From: a virus
Lineage: Duplodnaviria > Caudoviricetes
Reading direction: 5' to 3' (one strand)
IMG/VR virus record: IMGVR_UViG_3300047561_001521
Span: 1 to 37,883 of that record
Length of the DNA: 37,883 bases
In this document: one piece after another, positions 23,271-32,188 of the stretch
Layout: each line of letters opens with the position of its first letter
Position numbering within the stretch: the stretch's first letter is position 1
Translations under genes and position numbers: made by a program
Notes under the pieces: generated by a model
What the model was told of the DNA's origin: nothing
Databases searched by the model: none
Seen by the model: the letters and a program-made list of their open reading frames with translations, nothing else

Positions 23271-23441
23271 TTAAGGCTGCTTGGCATTTTTTGGCGTAAC
23301 AAATTGTGACAGCCATTCTTTTGCGTGATCTTCTGAGTACGTCATCATTGATTCACCATGCCAAGATGCCATATAAACAAAACCACCGCCTGAAGTTGTA
23401 AACCTCCACAATCCAGGTTGAATTTTTTTTGATTCAATCAC
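23271..23441 (-). CDS. Small hypothetical protein (56 aa, GTG start, MIESKKIQPGLWRF...)
   Basis: Translated by hand; start overlaps the endolysin stop. Confidence 0.55.
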   Translation of the reverse strand: MIESKKIQPGLWRFTTSGGGFVYMASWHGESMMTYSEDHAKEWLSQFVTPKNAKQP

Positions 23442-24724
23442 TAGCTAAACGTCCAACCCCATGCCGATGCAGGGCCTTCTTTTCTTAACGTAATTCTTGG
23501 GTTGAAATTTCTAAAAGAATAAATCATATTTTTTCCAGAATCGCCACCAGTTTTAATCCATTCTCCAGCAATAAGGTCGATTTCACCATAGGGGTCCATC
23601 ACTCTCCAGGCGTCTTGTGTTGCACCGTAAATTGCAACATAATGCCCGCCACCGCTGGGGGAGTTTACATGGCCCTTGTGTAACGCACCAACAGCAACAG
23701 GACGCCCGCCCTTAATTTCAGCGAGAATTTCACCTGTTGTCATATTTTTTCTAAATGTTGCAGTTACACCAAGCTCTGCCAATGCTTTTTTGTGTGATTC
23801 CTGGTCTGTCGTATCACCATATTTATCAACAATTTTTTGATAATTAAGATCATCGTTGATTCCTTTAATTTTTAGAAATTTTAAGCACATTGCAATTGAC
23901 GAAGTTTGGCACCTTCGCCAGCCATCCGGGCCGTTATCTAGCTGAGAGAAATAAGGAAAATTTGGCAGTTCAACCGAGCCAGCCTCTCCAACTTTTACGC
24001 CTGGGGATTTCTGACCACGCAATGGAACTGCTTTTTGTGCCCGAGCGAAGTACGCTTCACGATCAGCAAGCCCATTTGCGGGGTCACGACCATTTACGCG
24101 TCTTGATATTTCACGGCATGACGCGCCAGAATCGCACACTGCATTCATTCCATTACGCGACCACCAAAAACCAGCTGAAGTAAGAGGATAAACTTGTGAT
24201 ACATATTTACAGCCACCCATAATTTTAGGATCTTTTTTATACGCGGCAAACGCCGCATAGTTCGCCCTGCCGGTGAGTTGAATTGCACCAGCACCTTTGA
24301 AGTGTGGCCCATCACCTGGCTGGGTATTCCCAAGATCTTTGCGACCTTCGTAGGCTGAACCATCCGCAAGTTCTTCAACCCATTTCAACCCGGCAGATTC
24401 GTGGCCAACCTGGGCCAAAAAATGCTGGATACGAATTGCTGATGTAATTGAAAATTCAATTAGACAGCTATTTAGGTCGTCGAGTTGCTGTTTTGTAATC
24501 TGCCTTAAAAAGACCGCCTCGATTTGGGCCATCGTGATTAATGGCTCGGGCGCTGCAGGGGCCACGGTTGCCGAGCCAGCCTTCCACAAATCACGCAGAT
24601 CTCCGCCATCCTGAAGGGCGGCGGGGTCCAGCTTGGCAACACGATCAAGCACCGCTTGCAGGAATGCCCGGTGGTGGGGATTTCCTTTGTCAAAAAATGT
24701 GACGTAATCCCCAGTGGTAGGCAT
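23441..24724 (-). CDS. Endolysin: GH19 chitinase/lysozyme + C39-like cysteine peptidase
   Basis: FLAQVGHES, YEGRKDLGN, KGAGAIQLTGRANY (GH19); PYFSQ..C.TSS.AM, GGHY, DPYG (C39 Q-C-H-D). Confidence 0.9.
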   Translation of the reverse strand: MPTTGDYVTFFDKGNPHHRAFLQAVLDRVAKLDPAALQDGGDLRDLWKAGSATVAPAAPEPLITMAQIEAVFLRQITKQQLDDLNSCLIEFSITSAIRIQHFLAQVGHESAGLKWVEELADGSAYEGRKDLGNTQPGDGPHFKGAGAIQLTGRANYAAFAAYKKDPKIMGGCKYVSQVYPLTSAGFWWSRNGMNAVCDSGASCREISRRVNGRDPANGLADREAYFARAQKAVPLRGQKSPGVKVGEAGSVELPNFPYFSQLDNGPDGWRRCQTSSIAMCLKFLKIKGINDDLNYQKIVDKYGDTTDQESHKKALAELGVTATFRKNMTTGEILAEIKGGRPVAVGALHKGHVNSPSGGGHYVAIYGATQDAWRVMDPYGEIDLIAGEWIKTGGDSGKNMIYSFRNFNPRITLRKEGPASAWGWTFS

Positions 24725-24870
24725 CAGCGGCGATTGAAATTTTTAAGAATAATCTGAATGCCGTGAAGCATTCCATTGGCCTTGGATGGGGAACGACGAA
24801 TAAATTCGTCAAGTCCAGCGGTAAGCATGGCAGCGATTACCGCATAAATCAAATCGTAGTTCGGTTCCAT
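24724..24870 (-). CDS. Small holin-like membrane peptide (48 aa, MEPNYDLIYAVIAAMLTAGL...)
   Basis: Translated by hand; one hydrophobic helix, basic tail, TGATG-coupled to the endolysin. Confidence 0.55.
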   Translation of the reverse strand: MEPNYDLIYAVIAAMLTAGLDEFIRRSPSKANGMLHGIQIILKNFNRR

Positions 24871-24897
24871 GAAGAAAGCAAGAGTTGTTTTAGTTTA

Positions 24898-25203
24898 TCA
24901 TGGCTGACGCTGCAGCGCTTCAAGTGCGCTAACGCGTTGCTCAACAGATGAAAATTTATCAAAAAACTTGTCACGATACTTTTTGCTTTCTTCCCGATCT
25001 TCTTTCATTTCTTCTCTAATTTTTGTAAGTTCAGCACCTATATTACTTATTCCAGAGCTTAGAACGGCAATGACTTCACGGGTCTCACTGTCCTCTCGCC
25101 GCCTTAATTCTCGCTGATCCGCCTTGCGGCTTGACGACGACGACCAAGCTCCGATCACGCCGCCAAGCGCCGCAGAGACTAGATTTGCAGCCCAGTCGCC
25201 CAC
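24898..25203 (-). CDS. Membrane-anchored coiled-coil protein, holin/lysis associated
   Basis: N-terminal hydrophobic helix, charged coiled coil ending EQRVSALE; next to the endolysin. Confidence 0.7.
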   Translation of the reverse strand: MGDWAANLVSAALGGVIGAWSSSSSRKADQRELRRREDSETREVIAVLSSGISNIGAELTKIREEMKEDREESKKYRDKFFDKFSSVEQRVSALEALQRQP

Positions 25204-25530
25204 GATTGCCGCGCAATCGCCTCACTCTAGCTCAATGGCGCCGCAGGGTGGAGGCAATGGCAGCGGATCAGGAAAACCGCTAAGAATTGCAGTTGCTCTT
25301 TTAAAATACCAGTTGTCTCTTTTGCCAGATTTTGCCATTGCAATCTGAATCTTGCGCCAGTTTTCAAGTTCGTTTTAATTTTAACAAAAAAAATTCCGGC
25401 TGACACAACAGCCGGAACCCGATCCCACGATTTGAGCTTAGCAAAACAATTGAAAGCAGGGCGGGGCTTGAACCACGCTGCGCCATGGCGCAGGCCCTGC
25501 TTGCTAAAATAATACCACAAAACTAAATCG

Positions 25531-26811
25531 CTAATCAGGTATAAAGGCAAGCGTTGTAACGCTCGACGTTGCGTCGACTGCCCCAAGACTGCTAACAATA
25601 ACTTTTGCAACAATATAATTGCCATAACCGTTGTTGCTCAAAAGATATTGTGCAAACGGGTAGACCCCCGTAAGTGTCATTGTTGCTGTTTGTGTACCAG
25701 AAATAACCGTATTCAGTGTTCCAGTAACATCATTAGTCGTGTATGTCCAGTATGTATCGTACTTGCTGTTAGTAACTTTTGACGTGGCTGCCAGGGTTGA
25801 GGCTGAGGTTTTTCCGGTTATCGCAACTGTTGACAAAGTACCATTTACTGCGTTGAGCCATGTTTCACCATTGTCAAGGCTTAATTGCCATTGGTATGAC
25901 AGCGCTGACCCGGTGGAGCTATGTGCAATTACCTCAAATACTATTTTATCTCCAACTTCAGTTGCTGGAACTGGATTGTATGGAGGCTCGTACCCAGTCC
26001 ATGTTCCAATGTTTGCGCCTTCGGCATATGACCATGAAAGTTCCCCAGGAAAGAATGAATCTTGTATCCATAACGGGGCCTGTTCATCGAACCAAGTCAC
26101 CCAATCGGTCCATGCGGCATCCTCCGCCGCCTCCCATGCCGCATAAATACCGGGATCGCCACTCGGATCGGCTGGATTGCTGTAAAGGTCATACCATGTA
26201 TCGTAAGTTGAATCTATTCCATAAAGATCTAGGTTAAACGCAGTGATATTACTATAAAACAAAAATGGATCAGACAGTGGAATATATCCGTTCATGTAAG
26301 TGGATTGATAATACCCTGGATACGAGGATCCAAGGCTGCCATCAGTTGTTTTAATCCTTTCAACCGGCTGCCTTGTAAATGTAACAACATTTGGATCAAG
26401 ACCTGGACAGTTTTTAGGCTCCCAGAGTTCGGCAATTAAATCAACTTTTACGCTGTGATAATCACCGGATCTTGAATTTATAGAAGGTTCCTGTTTGAAT
26501 TTCCATTCAAGTGACCCAGCGTATCTAATTCTATTTGAAAGTGAAGTATTGTCAATGCCACCAATTATATTCACTGGTAGATCAACAGGAAAAAACCCGG
26601 ATAAACTGTCGTAATAACATTGAAGTATTTGAGATGTTTGTGCGCTACTTAGGTATTCAAAATTTAATGATAATTGAGCATCGGTTCCAACAGTGCTCCA
26701 CGATTTAAGAAAATACGCCGATTCGTCAACTGACGATTCGGTATATGGATACACCGGGGCGGTATAATCACGAACTTTTTCTGGGCAAATTTGTGGAAAA
26801 GCGACACCCAT
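25531..26811 (-). CDS. Tail protein: distal-tail-like N-terminal domain + Ig-like C-terminal domain
   Basis: FP..P.......LSL.F...WKF..P domain; F.V.A....LSYQWQ.S.DNG.TW Ig-like motif. Confidence 0.7.
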   Translation of the reverse strand: MGVAFPQICPEKVRDYTAPVYPYTESSVDESAYFLKSWSTVGTDAQLSLNFEYLSSAQTSQILQCYYDSLSGFFPVDLPVNIIGGIDNTSLSNRIRYAGSLEWKFKQEPSINSRSGDYHSVKVDLIAELWEPKNCPGLDPNVVTFTRQPVERIKTTDGSLGSSYPGYYQSTYMNGYIPLSDPFLFYSNITAFNLDLYGIDSTYDTWYDLYSNPADPSGDPGIYAAWEAAEDAAWTDWVTWFDEQAPLWIQDSFFPGELSWSYAEGANIGTWTGYEPPYNPVPATEVGDKIVFEVIAHSSTGSALSYQWQLSLDNGETWLNAVNGTLSTVAITGKTSASTLAATSKVTNSKYDTYWTYTTNDVTGTLNTVISGTQTATMTLTGVYPFAQYLLSNNGYGNYIVAKVIVSSLGAVDATSSVTTLAFIPD

Positions 26812-26812
26812 G

Positions 26813-27439
26813 TCACACCTGAACAAAGCGTTTGGGATTAAATGGTTTTAGCTCGACCCTTACGGTGCTCCTGCCATTCCGTATGGAAGTTGTTACTTTT
26901 GGCGGAGTTAAAAATTTCCATTGACAATTGTAGCCATTCAGTTGCATTATCGCGGTCAAATTCCCAGTTGTGCCGCTGAGGACCTGGCTGGGCAGCCTGA
27001 TAGAGCCCTTTCGCTCCTTGCATAAATCATAGGCCGCAATAATTGATTCCGTTTCGGTATCGGTCAGCTCACGAAATTCAAGGCTCATTTTTCCTCCGCC
27101 AGGTGCTGAAGAAAGCAACCTTCTAACCGTCCTGCCGGATTGAGTTTTGGATACTTTTTGTGCATACGATAGTGGAACAAATTCCCTTCCGTTATTGCTT
27201 GGGATTAGCGCTGGAAAATCAACAATAAAATCAGCCTGTAACCTTGTTACTGGAAATTGTGCTGAAAACAGCAATGGCGAAACGACAGCTCTGCCGCTTT
27301 TGATGCCAAGATCGGCGGACGAAAGAAAACTTGAAACCGTTAATGCTGTTACAATAAATGTACTGTTTCTGTAACACGCTATTGTTGAATATGTTGCTGA
27401 AACTGTAATCGAATCAACTACAGCGGTAAATACCGTCAT
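26813..27439 (-). CDS. Distal tail (Dit)-like protein
   Basis: C-terminal FP.L.P...SG.T.R...M.LEF..L.D...WKF..PP.V domain; tail module context. Confidence 0.65.
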   Translation of the reverse strand: MTVFTAVVDSITVSATYSTIACYRNSTFIVTALTVSSFLSSADLGIKSGRAVVSPLLFSAQFPVTRLQADFIVDFPALIPSNNGREFVPLSYAQKVSKTQSGRTVRRLLSSAPGGGKMSLEFRELTDTETESIIAAYDLCKERKGSIRLPSQVLSGTTGNLTAIMQLNGYNCQWKFLTPPKVTTSIRNGRSTVRVELKPFNPKRFVQV

Positions 27440-27858
27440 GGCTCATAAATTACGCCATTGGTTCCGTTAAAATCAAATACAAATGTATCACCAGTTGTCA
27501 TTGAAATTGCCGATCCGTAATCAAAGTAAAACATTAGTGCGTCTGTGGTTGACGTAAAATTGTAGAATACAGCATATCGCCATGTTGCAATTGCAGCACT
27601 TGCAGTTAGGGTGTAATCAGTAACAAGCCATTTGTAGACACCGGCCGTCTGGGTTGAAGATATGGTTGTTACCGCAAAACCTCCAGTTGAATAGCCGCCT
27701 CCAGCCGCAATCTGCGTGATATTACTTGCAACTGTATTTGAAAGCGATGGCGCTGTATTTGTTAGTAAAATCTTTATACTGTCGGTTGCTAAATTATGAA
27801 TGCCATTCCACCTATCAGCCTTGAAGCAGTAAAAAGCAACTGGTGTTACGTTTGCCAC
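27436..27858 (-). CDS. Virion structural (tail-associated) protein
   Basis: H.L.TD.IK..LTN.AP, GGY..GG, DYGSAI...GDTF..DF motifs common in tail accessory proteins. Confidence 0.75.
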   Translation of the reverse strand: MANVTPVAFYCFKADRWNGIHNLATDSIKILLTNTAPSLSNTVASNITQIAAGGGYSTGGFAVTTISSTQTAGVYKWLVTDYTLTASAAIATWRYAVFYNFTSTTDALMFYFDYGSAISMTTGDTFVFDFNGTNGVIYEP

Positions 27859-27888
27859 TGATCAGTCCACCGATTTTACGATTCTACC

Positions 27889-30800
27889 TCAACAGTTGTC
27901 CCCAGTGCCTTGAATAATCCAGTTTGAATCCGTGATATATGTTGTCCAGTTTTTTCCAATCATTGAAATTCCAGATTCATCGACCGGATGGTTTATTGCG
28001 CTAATTTCAATTTCACCATCCTCGTTAATATCAATCTTTTCAATTCTGTAAACCCTTACTTGGCTTCCGGCTGTTTTTTTAACAAATGTAATTCCAGTTG
28101 GTGAAGCGGTTCCACTCCCTGAAACTGTCAGCGTCGTATCGTAAAGATCTGCCTCTGACCCATCCCAAGCGGTTACATCATGGGTTCCAGCCGTCAGTAA
28201 ATCAGTTCTTGTCGCAACCATTGTTCCATCCGCCAGGACGACACCTGTTGCAAATTCGTCAAAATAAGTAAAGTCCATTGCGACTTTTATGTATTTTCCC
28301 GCCGCCAATTCAGCATCTATGCCTTCCGCTGTCGTTGTAAATTTAATGCTATGAGTAATTAGTCTTCTCATGCGAATCATAAAACATGCAATATCTACAG
28401 CATGTTCAAAGTTTGTACAATACTCAGAAACATCAACGTTTTCCGTTTTCAGCGATTTACCTAAATTAGACGCCTCCCTGACCGTAACTGTTTGATTTTC
28501 AGAGAAAAACCCAGAACTGTAATAATCCGATGTTGGCCTTTCCCGCCTCCACATCACGGAAACTTCAATCTCCTCCCTTCCTTCCTGCTCTATAAACGAA
28601 AGACTGAAAGTGTTTTCAACAATGTTTCCGCCATTGAATAATCCAGAAATTGGTAGCGCACCGCTTTCGGGGAAAACAATTGCTGGCTCTAGTGCCCATT
28701 TGCCGCCGCGCCTAATAATATCAAGCAACATTGTTGCGGCAGTATCAACTGACCATTCGTCAAGATTTACTGCCTCTGGAATGCCAGCATCGTAAAAATA
28801 GCGGCGATCGTGACACCAATTTGCCGCTGTAATATAAGACTCAATATCAATATAGGCGTCTGTAATTATATCGCCTAGTCCAAATTGCTCGGAAGTTTGA
28901 CAGGCCCTGAATACGTCCGGCCAAACATCACTTGGCCCCATAGTGTCTCCATCTCGCAATCTTCGCACCTCAGTGCCGCCATCAACAGAAGCGCTAAGCT
29001 GGGAAATTTGAGATAAATCACGGGAGCCCATTATGTTCAGTCCGACTGTTGCGAGATTTGAGTAACTGACCGTAGTTGGATTACATGAAATTATGTTGAT
29101 ATAGGCAATTTCAGCCTCAGGCCCAGCCGATGCTGTTGACTGAATCTCCGAGTAGGCAAATGCTTCCGCCACCCTGCCCCAGTCATCTGTCATTGATTGA
29201 TCATCCGTAAATCCCAGTCCAACATCTTGTGCGGGGTCCAGCGTTGGCAGGGAAAACACGGAGCGATCCCGCGAAACTATTTCGCCCTGCCAGTAGACGT
29301 AAAATGTCGCGCCTCCAGCGGTAAATCCCCAGCTATTAACTGTTGAAATTTTTGAGTCAATAATTATGAACGGCGAAACAATGCCATCGTAATCATTTCT
29401 TATTTCCCAGGACGAGACCGGCTCGAATTTCAACTCCCATCTTTTTGACAGCGATGCCTCAAAGCGCAAATAACTGTAAATCGGTTCACCAGATGACCCC
29501 CTAAATGCAAACGTCATTGGCATTGCCGTATAACTATTGTTTTCGTGCCTGTAGTAAATTTTGTAAAAAAAGTATCGAGTTTCCGATAGTCCGCTAATCG
29601 TGCCAGAGTTAAACTGTTGAACGCTTACTTTTTTATCCGCATCGTAGATATTATTTTTATGCTTGTAGCCGGCTTCTTTGTTGATTTTCAGCAATGTTGG
29701 GCAATCTCTGAAATTGCAAAATCCGTTAATTTTTAGGCCAACAGAATACTTAAATCCAATTTCAAAAATTTTAGCTGGACGCTGAAGCATTACATTTGCA
29801 ATTGCAATTCTAAAAATTTGCGCAAAATTACTTGCCGTTTTGAACTTCGGTGCGTTGATCGTGGCAACATCCTGGCCAGGGCTGAACTGTGTTGGCAATA
29901 ATGTTTGCCCACTCCATGAAGGGTTAATGTCAAGCGCTGTTGAAGTAGTAAATTTTCCAGCTCTAACAGTTCTAAATGTATACGTCATTCCAGAACCAGT
30001 GCCGGACGGAAACGTATCGGCCTCACTTGAAAAAACTTGATTCGATGGAATGCGATTAACAAGTACAGCCAAGGCTGATCCAACTCGATAAATTTCGCCC
30101 ACGACAAGGCTATCGTCGATCGATCTTTGGATTGAGCTGACTGCAGAGGCAATATCGGAACAATCCGCGATACCATCAGCCTCGCTTTCTTTATTGTCGG
30201 TATTTGTAGAGTTCATTTTAAATTGCGTGTAAATATCACTGCTCGGACTTAACGTGTATTCAAATGTTTGCCCAACATAGGAATCAACAGTCCCGGCGGC
30301 GCTTGTAACAATTCCAGAGCGGCAGCTGAAAGAGTATTTATATTTCCAAAATTCAGCCAATCGCTGGGCATCGTCATCAATTGCATACCTTACGGACTGA
30401 CCGTTGCTAAGTGATACGGTGCGAATTGAAATCGTTGGATTTAGCCTAGGATTTACGCGATATGCAAAATTATTTGGAATATGAGAATAGAGGCCAAAAC
30501 TTGTCGAAGTTGATGGCTTGTATGTGTAGCAAAAATCTTGCGTCCACTGATAATTTTGGCCGCGAACGGCATAAACATCTGGCCCGCCAAATCTTTGTGA
30601 ATTAACTGGATCATTGGAACCGGATCGCCCAGCAATGCGATTGGCAGTTCCTATTCTGCCGCCACCTGGTGAAAAGTAAATTGTCATTCTTGAGCTTGAC
30701 TGAGTAGCGGAATCGGTTGACATTCCATAGGATGATAAACTGTTGTCTCCAACTGCAAATCCATTTGGATCCAACGATGAAATTGTTCCCTCGCCAACCA

Positions 30801-31320
30801 TGAAAATTCCCCTGAAAACCTGTCCACCATTCAGTGACAGCATCTGGCTCCACAGCAGGGGCAGGTTTACTCTCAGCCCCCCATAGGATCCCGCTGGCCG
30901 AGGTGGAACCGACTGCGCCGGCAGATCGCGGCGATGGGCAAAAACAAGCGGCACGGTGGCACCCAGTGTGGCCGGCTGTTGAACTGAATCAAACCCAAAC
31001 TGTGGGGCGAATCGTTGGGCGCCGCTGAAACTGGCCCCAGTGACGGTTCTAGCCCTGAGGCCGCCATTGCCACTGCCTGGCGCCTGAGGTTTCCAGATCA
31101 GCGCAGACAGGGCCTGCAGGCCAACAGAAATAAGTGTGCTAACAATTGTGAACGTAAGTGGATCAAGTCCTGCCTGTGGCATTGCAGGATTTATTTTTAC
31201 CCGTGATTTAACCTCTATCAGAAAACTTCTGTACTTATCGCAGGCAATATCAAGCGTTTCATCCGGCCAGAGCAAGCCCGCTTGATAGATTTGAGCTGGC
31301 AAAAGTCTTGGCTTTCCCAT
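27889..31320 (-). CDS. Tail tip / central tail fiber (lambda gpJ-like host specificity protein)
   Basis: 1143 aa; GFDSVQ..A.LG..VPLVF, LF..GNI.E..F, position after L- and K-like genes. Confidence 0.8.
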   Translation of the reverse strand: MGKPRLLPAQIYQAGLLWPDETLDIACDKYRSFLIEVKSRVKINPAMPQAGLDPLTFTIVSTLISVGLQALSALIWKPQAPGSGNGGLRARTVTGASFSGAQRFAPQFGFDSVQQPATLGATVPLVFAHRRDLPAQSVPPRPAGSYGGLRVNLPLLWSQMLSLNGGQVFRGIFMVGEGTISSLDPNGFAVGDNSLSSYGMSTDSATQSSSRMTIYFSPGGGRIGTANRIAGRSGSNDPVNSQRFGGPDVYAVRGQNYQWTQDFCYTYKPSTSTSFGLYSHIPNNFAYRVNPRLNPTISIRTVSLSNGQSVRYAIDDDAQRLAEFWKYKYSFSCRSGIVTSAAGTVDSYVGQTFEYTLSPSSDIYTQFKMNSTNTDNKESEADGIADCSDIASAVSSIQRSIDDSLVVGEIYRVGSALAVLVNRIPSNQVFSSEADTFPSGTGSGMTYTFRTVRAGKFTTSTALDINPSWSGQTLLPTQFSPGQDVATINAPKFKTASNFAQIFRIAIANVMLQRPAKIFEIGFKYSVGLKINGFCNFRDCPTLLKINKEAGYKHKNNIYDADKKVSVQQFNSGTISGLSETRYFFYKIYYRHENNSYTAMPMTFAFRGSSGEPIYSYLRFEASLSKRWELKFEPVSSWEIRNDYDGIVSPFIIIDSKISTVNSWGFTAGGATFYVYWQGEIVSRDRSVFSLPTLDPAQDVGLGFTDDQSMTDDWGRVAEAFAYSEIQSTASAGPEAEIAYINIISCNPTTVSYSNLATVGLNIMGSRDLSQISQLSASVDGGTEVRRLRDGDTMGPSDVWPDVFRACQTSEQFGLGDIITDAYIDIESYITAANWCHDRRYFYDAGIPEAVNLDEWSVDTAATMLLDIIRRGGKWALEPAIVFPESGALPISGLFNGGNIVENTFSLSFIEQEGREEIEVSVMWRRERPTSDYYSSGFFSENQTVTVREASNLGKSLKTENVDVSEYCTNFEHAVDIACFMIRMRRLITHSIKFTTTAEGIDAELAAGKYIKVAMDFTYFDEFATGVVLADGTMVATRTDLLTAGTHDVTAWDGSEADLYDTTLTVSGSGTASPTGITFVKKTAGSQVRVYRIEKIDINEDGEIEISAINHPVDESGISMIGKNWTTYITDSNWIIQGTGDNC

Positions 31321-31700
31321 TACTGATTGATTAGAAAAAATGGTGAACGATTAAAGCAGCGGACTGGAATTTCACTAACGCCACGACCGTGAACCGGAAT
31401 AAGCACTTTTCCAGTTGGAAGGACTGTTCCAATTCCAATGCCATGCGGCCACGATTCTATCAAAACAAGTGACATTTTTGTTGGTGTTACAATTTTTGTA
31501 ACATTGGCAAGAAAAGTACAAAGCAGTAAATCCCAGTGACTGTTTTTTGCGGCAAAAATCATGCCATCAATCGCAGGAAATTTCAATGATTCAGATTCGT
31601 GTAGTATTTTTGCCATTACTAGGCAGCAAGCCGCCTTTTTTTGCCTTGGGTCTGCGCCCGTCTGGTGCGGCAGTCCTATCCAGTCATCCCAAATCATCAC
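31320..31700 (-). CDS. Tail assembly protein, NlpC/P60-like (gpK-like)
   Basis: WIGLPH..GADP.....CC..M and GIG motifs; position in the tail-tip module. Confidence 0.65.
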   Translation of the reverse strand: MMIWDDWIGLPHQTGADPRQKKAACCLVMAKILHESESLKFPAIDGMIFAAKNSHWDLLLCTFLANVTKIVTPTKMSLVLIESWPHGIGIGTVLPTGKVLIPVHGRGVSEIPVRCFNRSPFFLINQ

Positions 31701-32188
31701 TGCATCGAGATTTGGCCGGTCGAAGGGACACTACCAACTAAATCTGTCGTTAAAACTCTTTTTGGCACCCTTCCCCGAATTGCGTTTGTCGGACTTGATA
31801 AATTGATTACTACCTTTCCAAGATCCGGCTGCCCGCCACCGTTACAGGCCCATAACTCTGTTGAGTAAACGGCACACTCCGTAAAGTTTCCGCCAATTTC
31901 AATCGAGATTTCAATGGTTGTGACTTCTACAAGCCAATTTTGCAATATGGCCTCAGTTGCCAATGAGACGCTTAAATCATTGGCTGGAAATAAAAGGGTT
32001 CCCTCAACACCATCACCGTTTCGAGTTGAAGATGAACCGTTAAAGCCGAATGGTGCGTATTGATAATTGATTTCATAAAGCGTTCTCACTTCTCCCGGAA
32101 AAAATGGTTGATACATTCTTGATTGAATGTAGCTTCCACCTTTGTCGAGAAACTTGATATAATAAGTTGTTGCAACAGAAGTTGACAT
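31697..32188 (-). CDS. Minor tail protein (gpL-like/baseplate hub)
   Basis: Directly after the tape measure; Y.YAPF, LSSP..A....P.R.LT..LVG..P. Confidence 0.7.
   Translation of the reverse strand: MSTSVATTYYIKFLDKGGSYIQSRMYQPFFPGEVRTLYEINYQYAPFGFNGSSSTRNGDGVEGTLLFPANDLSVSLATEAILQNWLVEVTTIEISIEIGGNFTECAVYSTELWACNGGGQPDLGKVVINLSSPTNAIRGRVPKRVLTTDLVGSVPSTGQISMQ

Noticed and set aside
25227-25625. 132 aa minus-strand ORF
   Set aside because: Overlaps the tail gene out of frame and has no motif; a different frame holds the recognisable peptide
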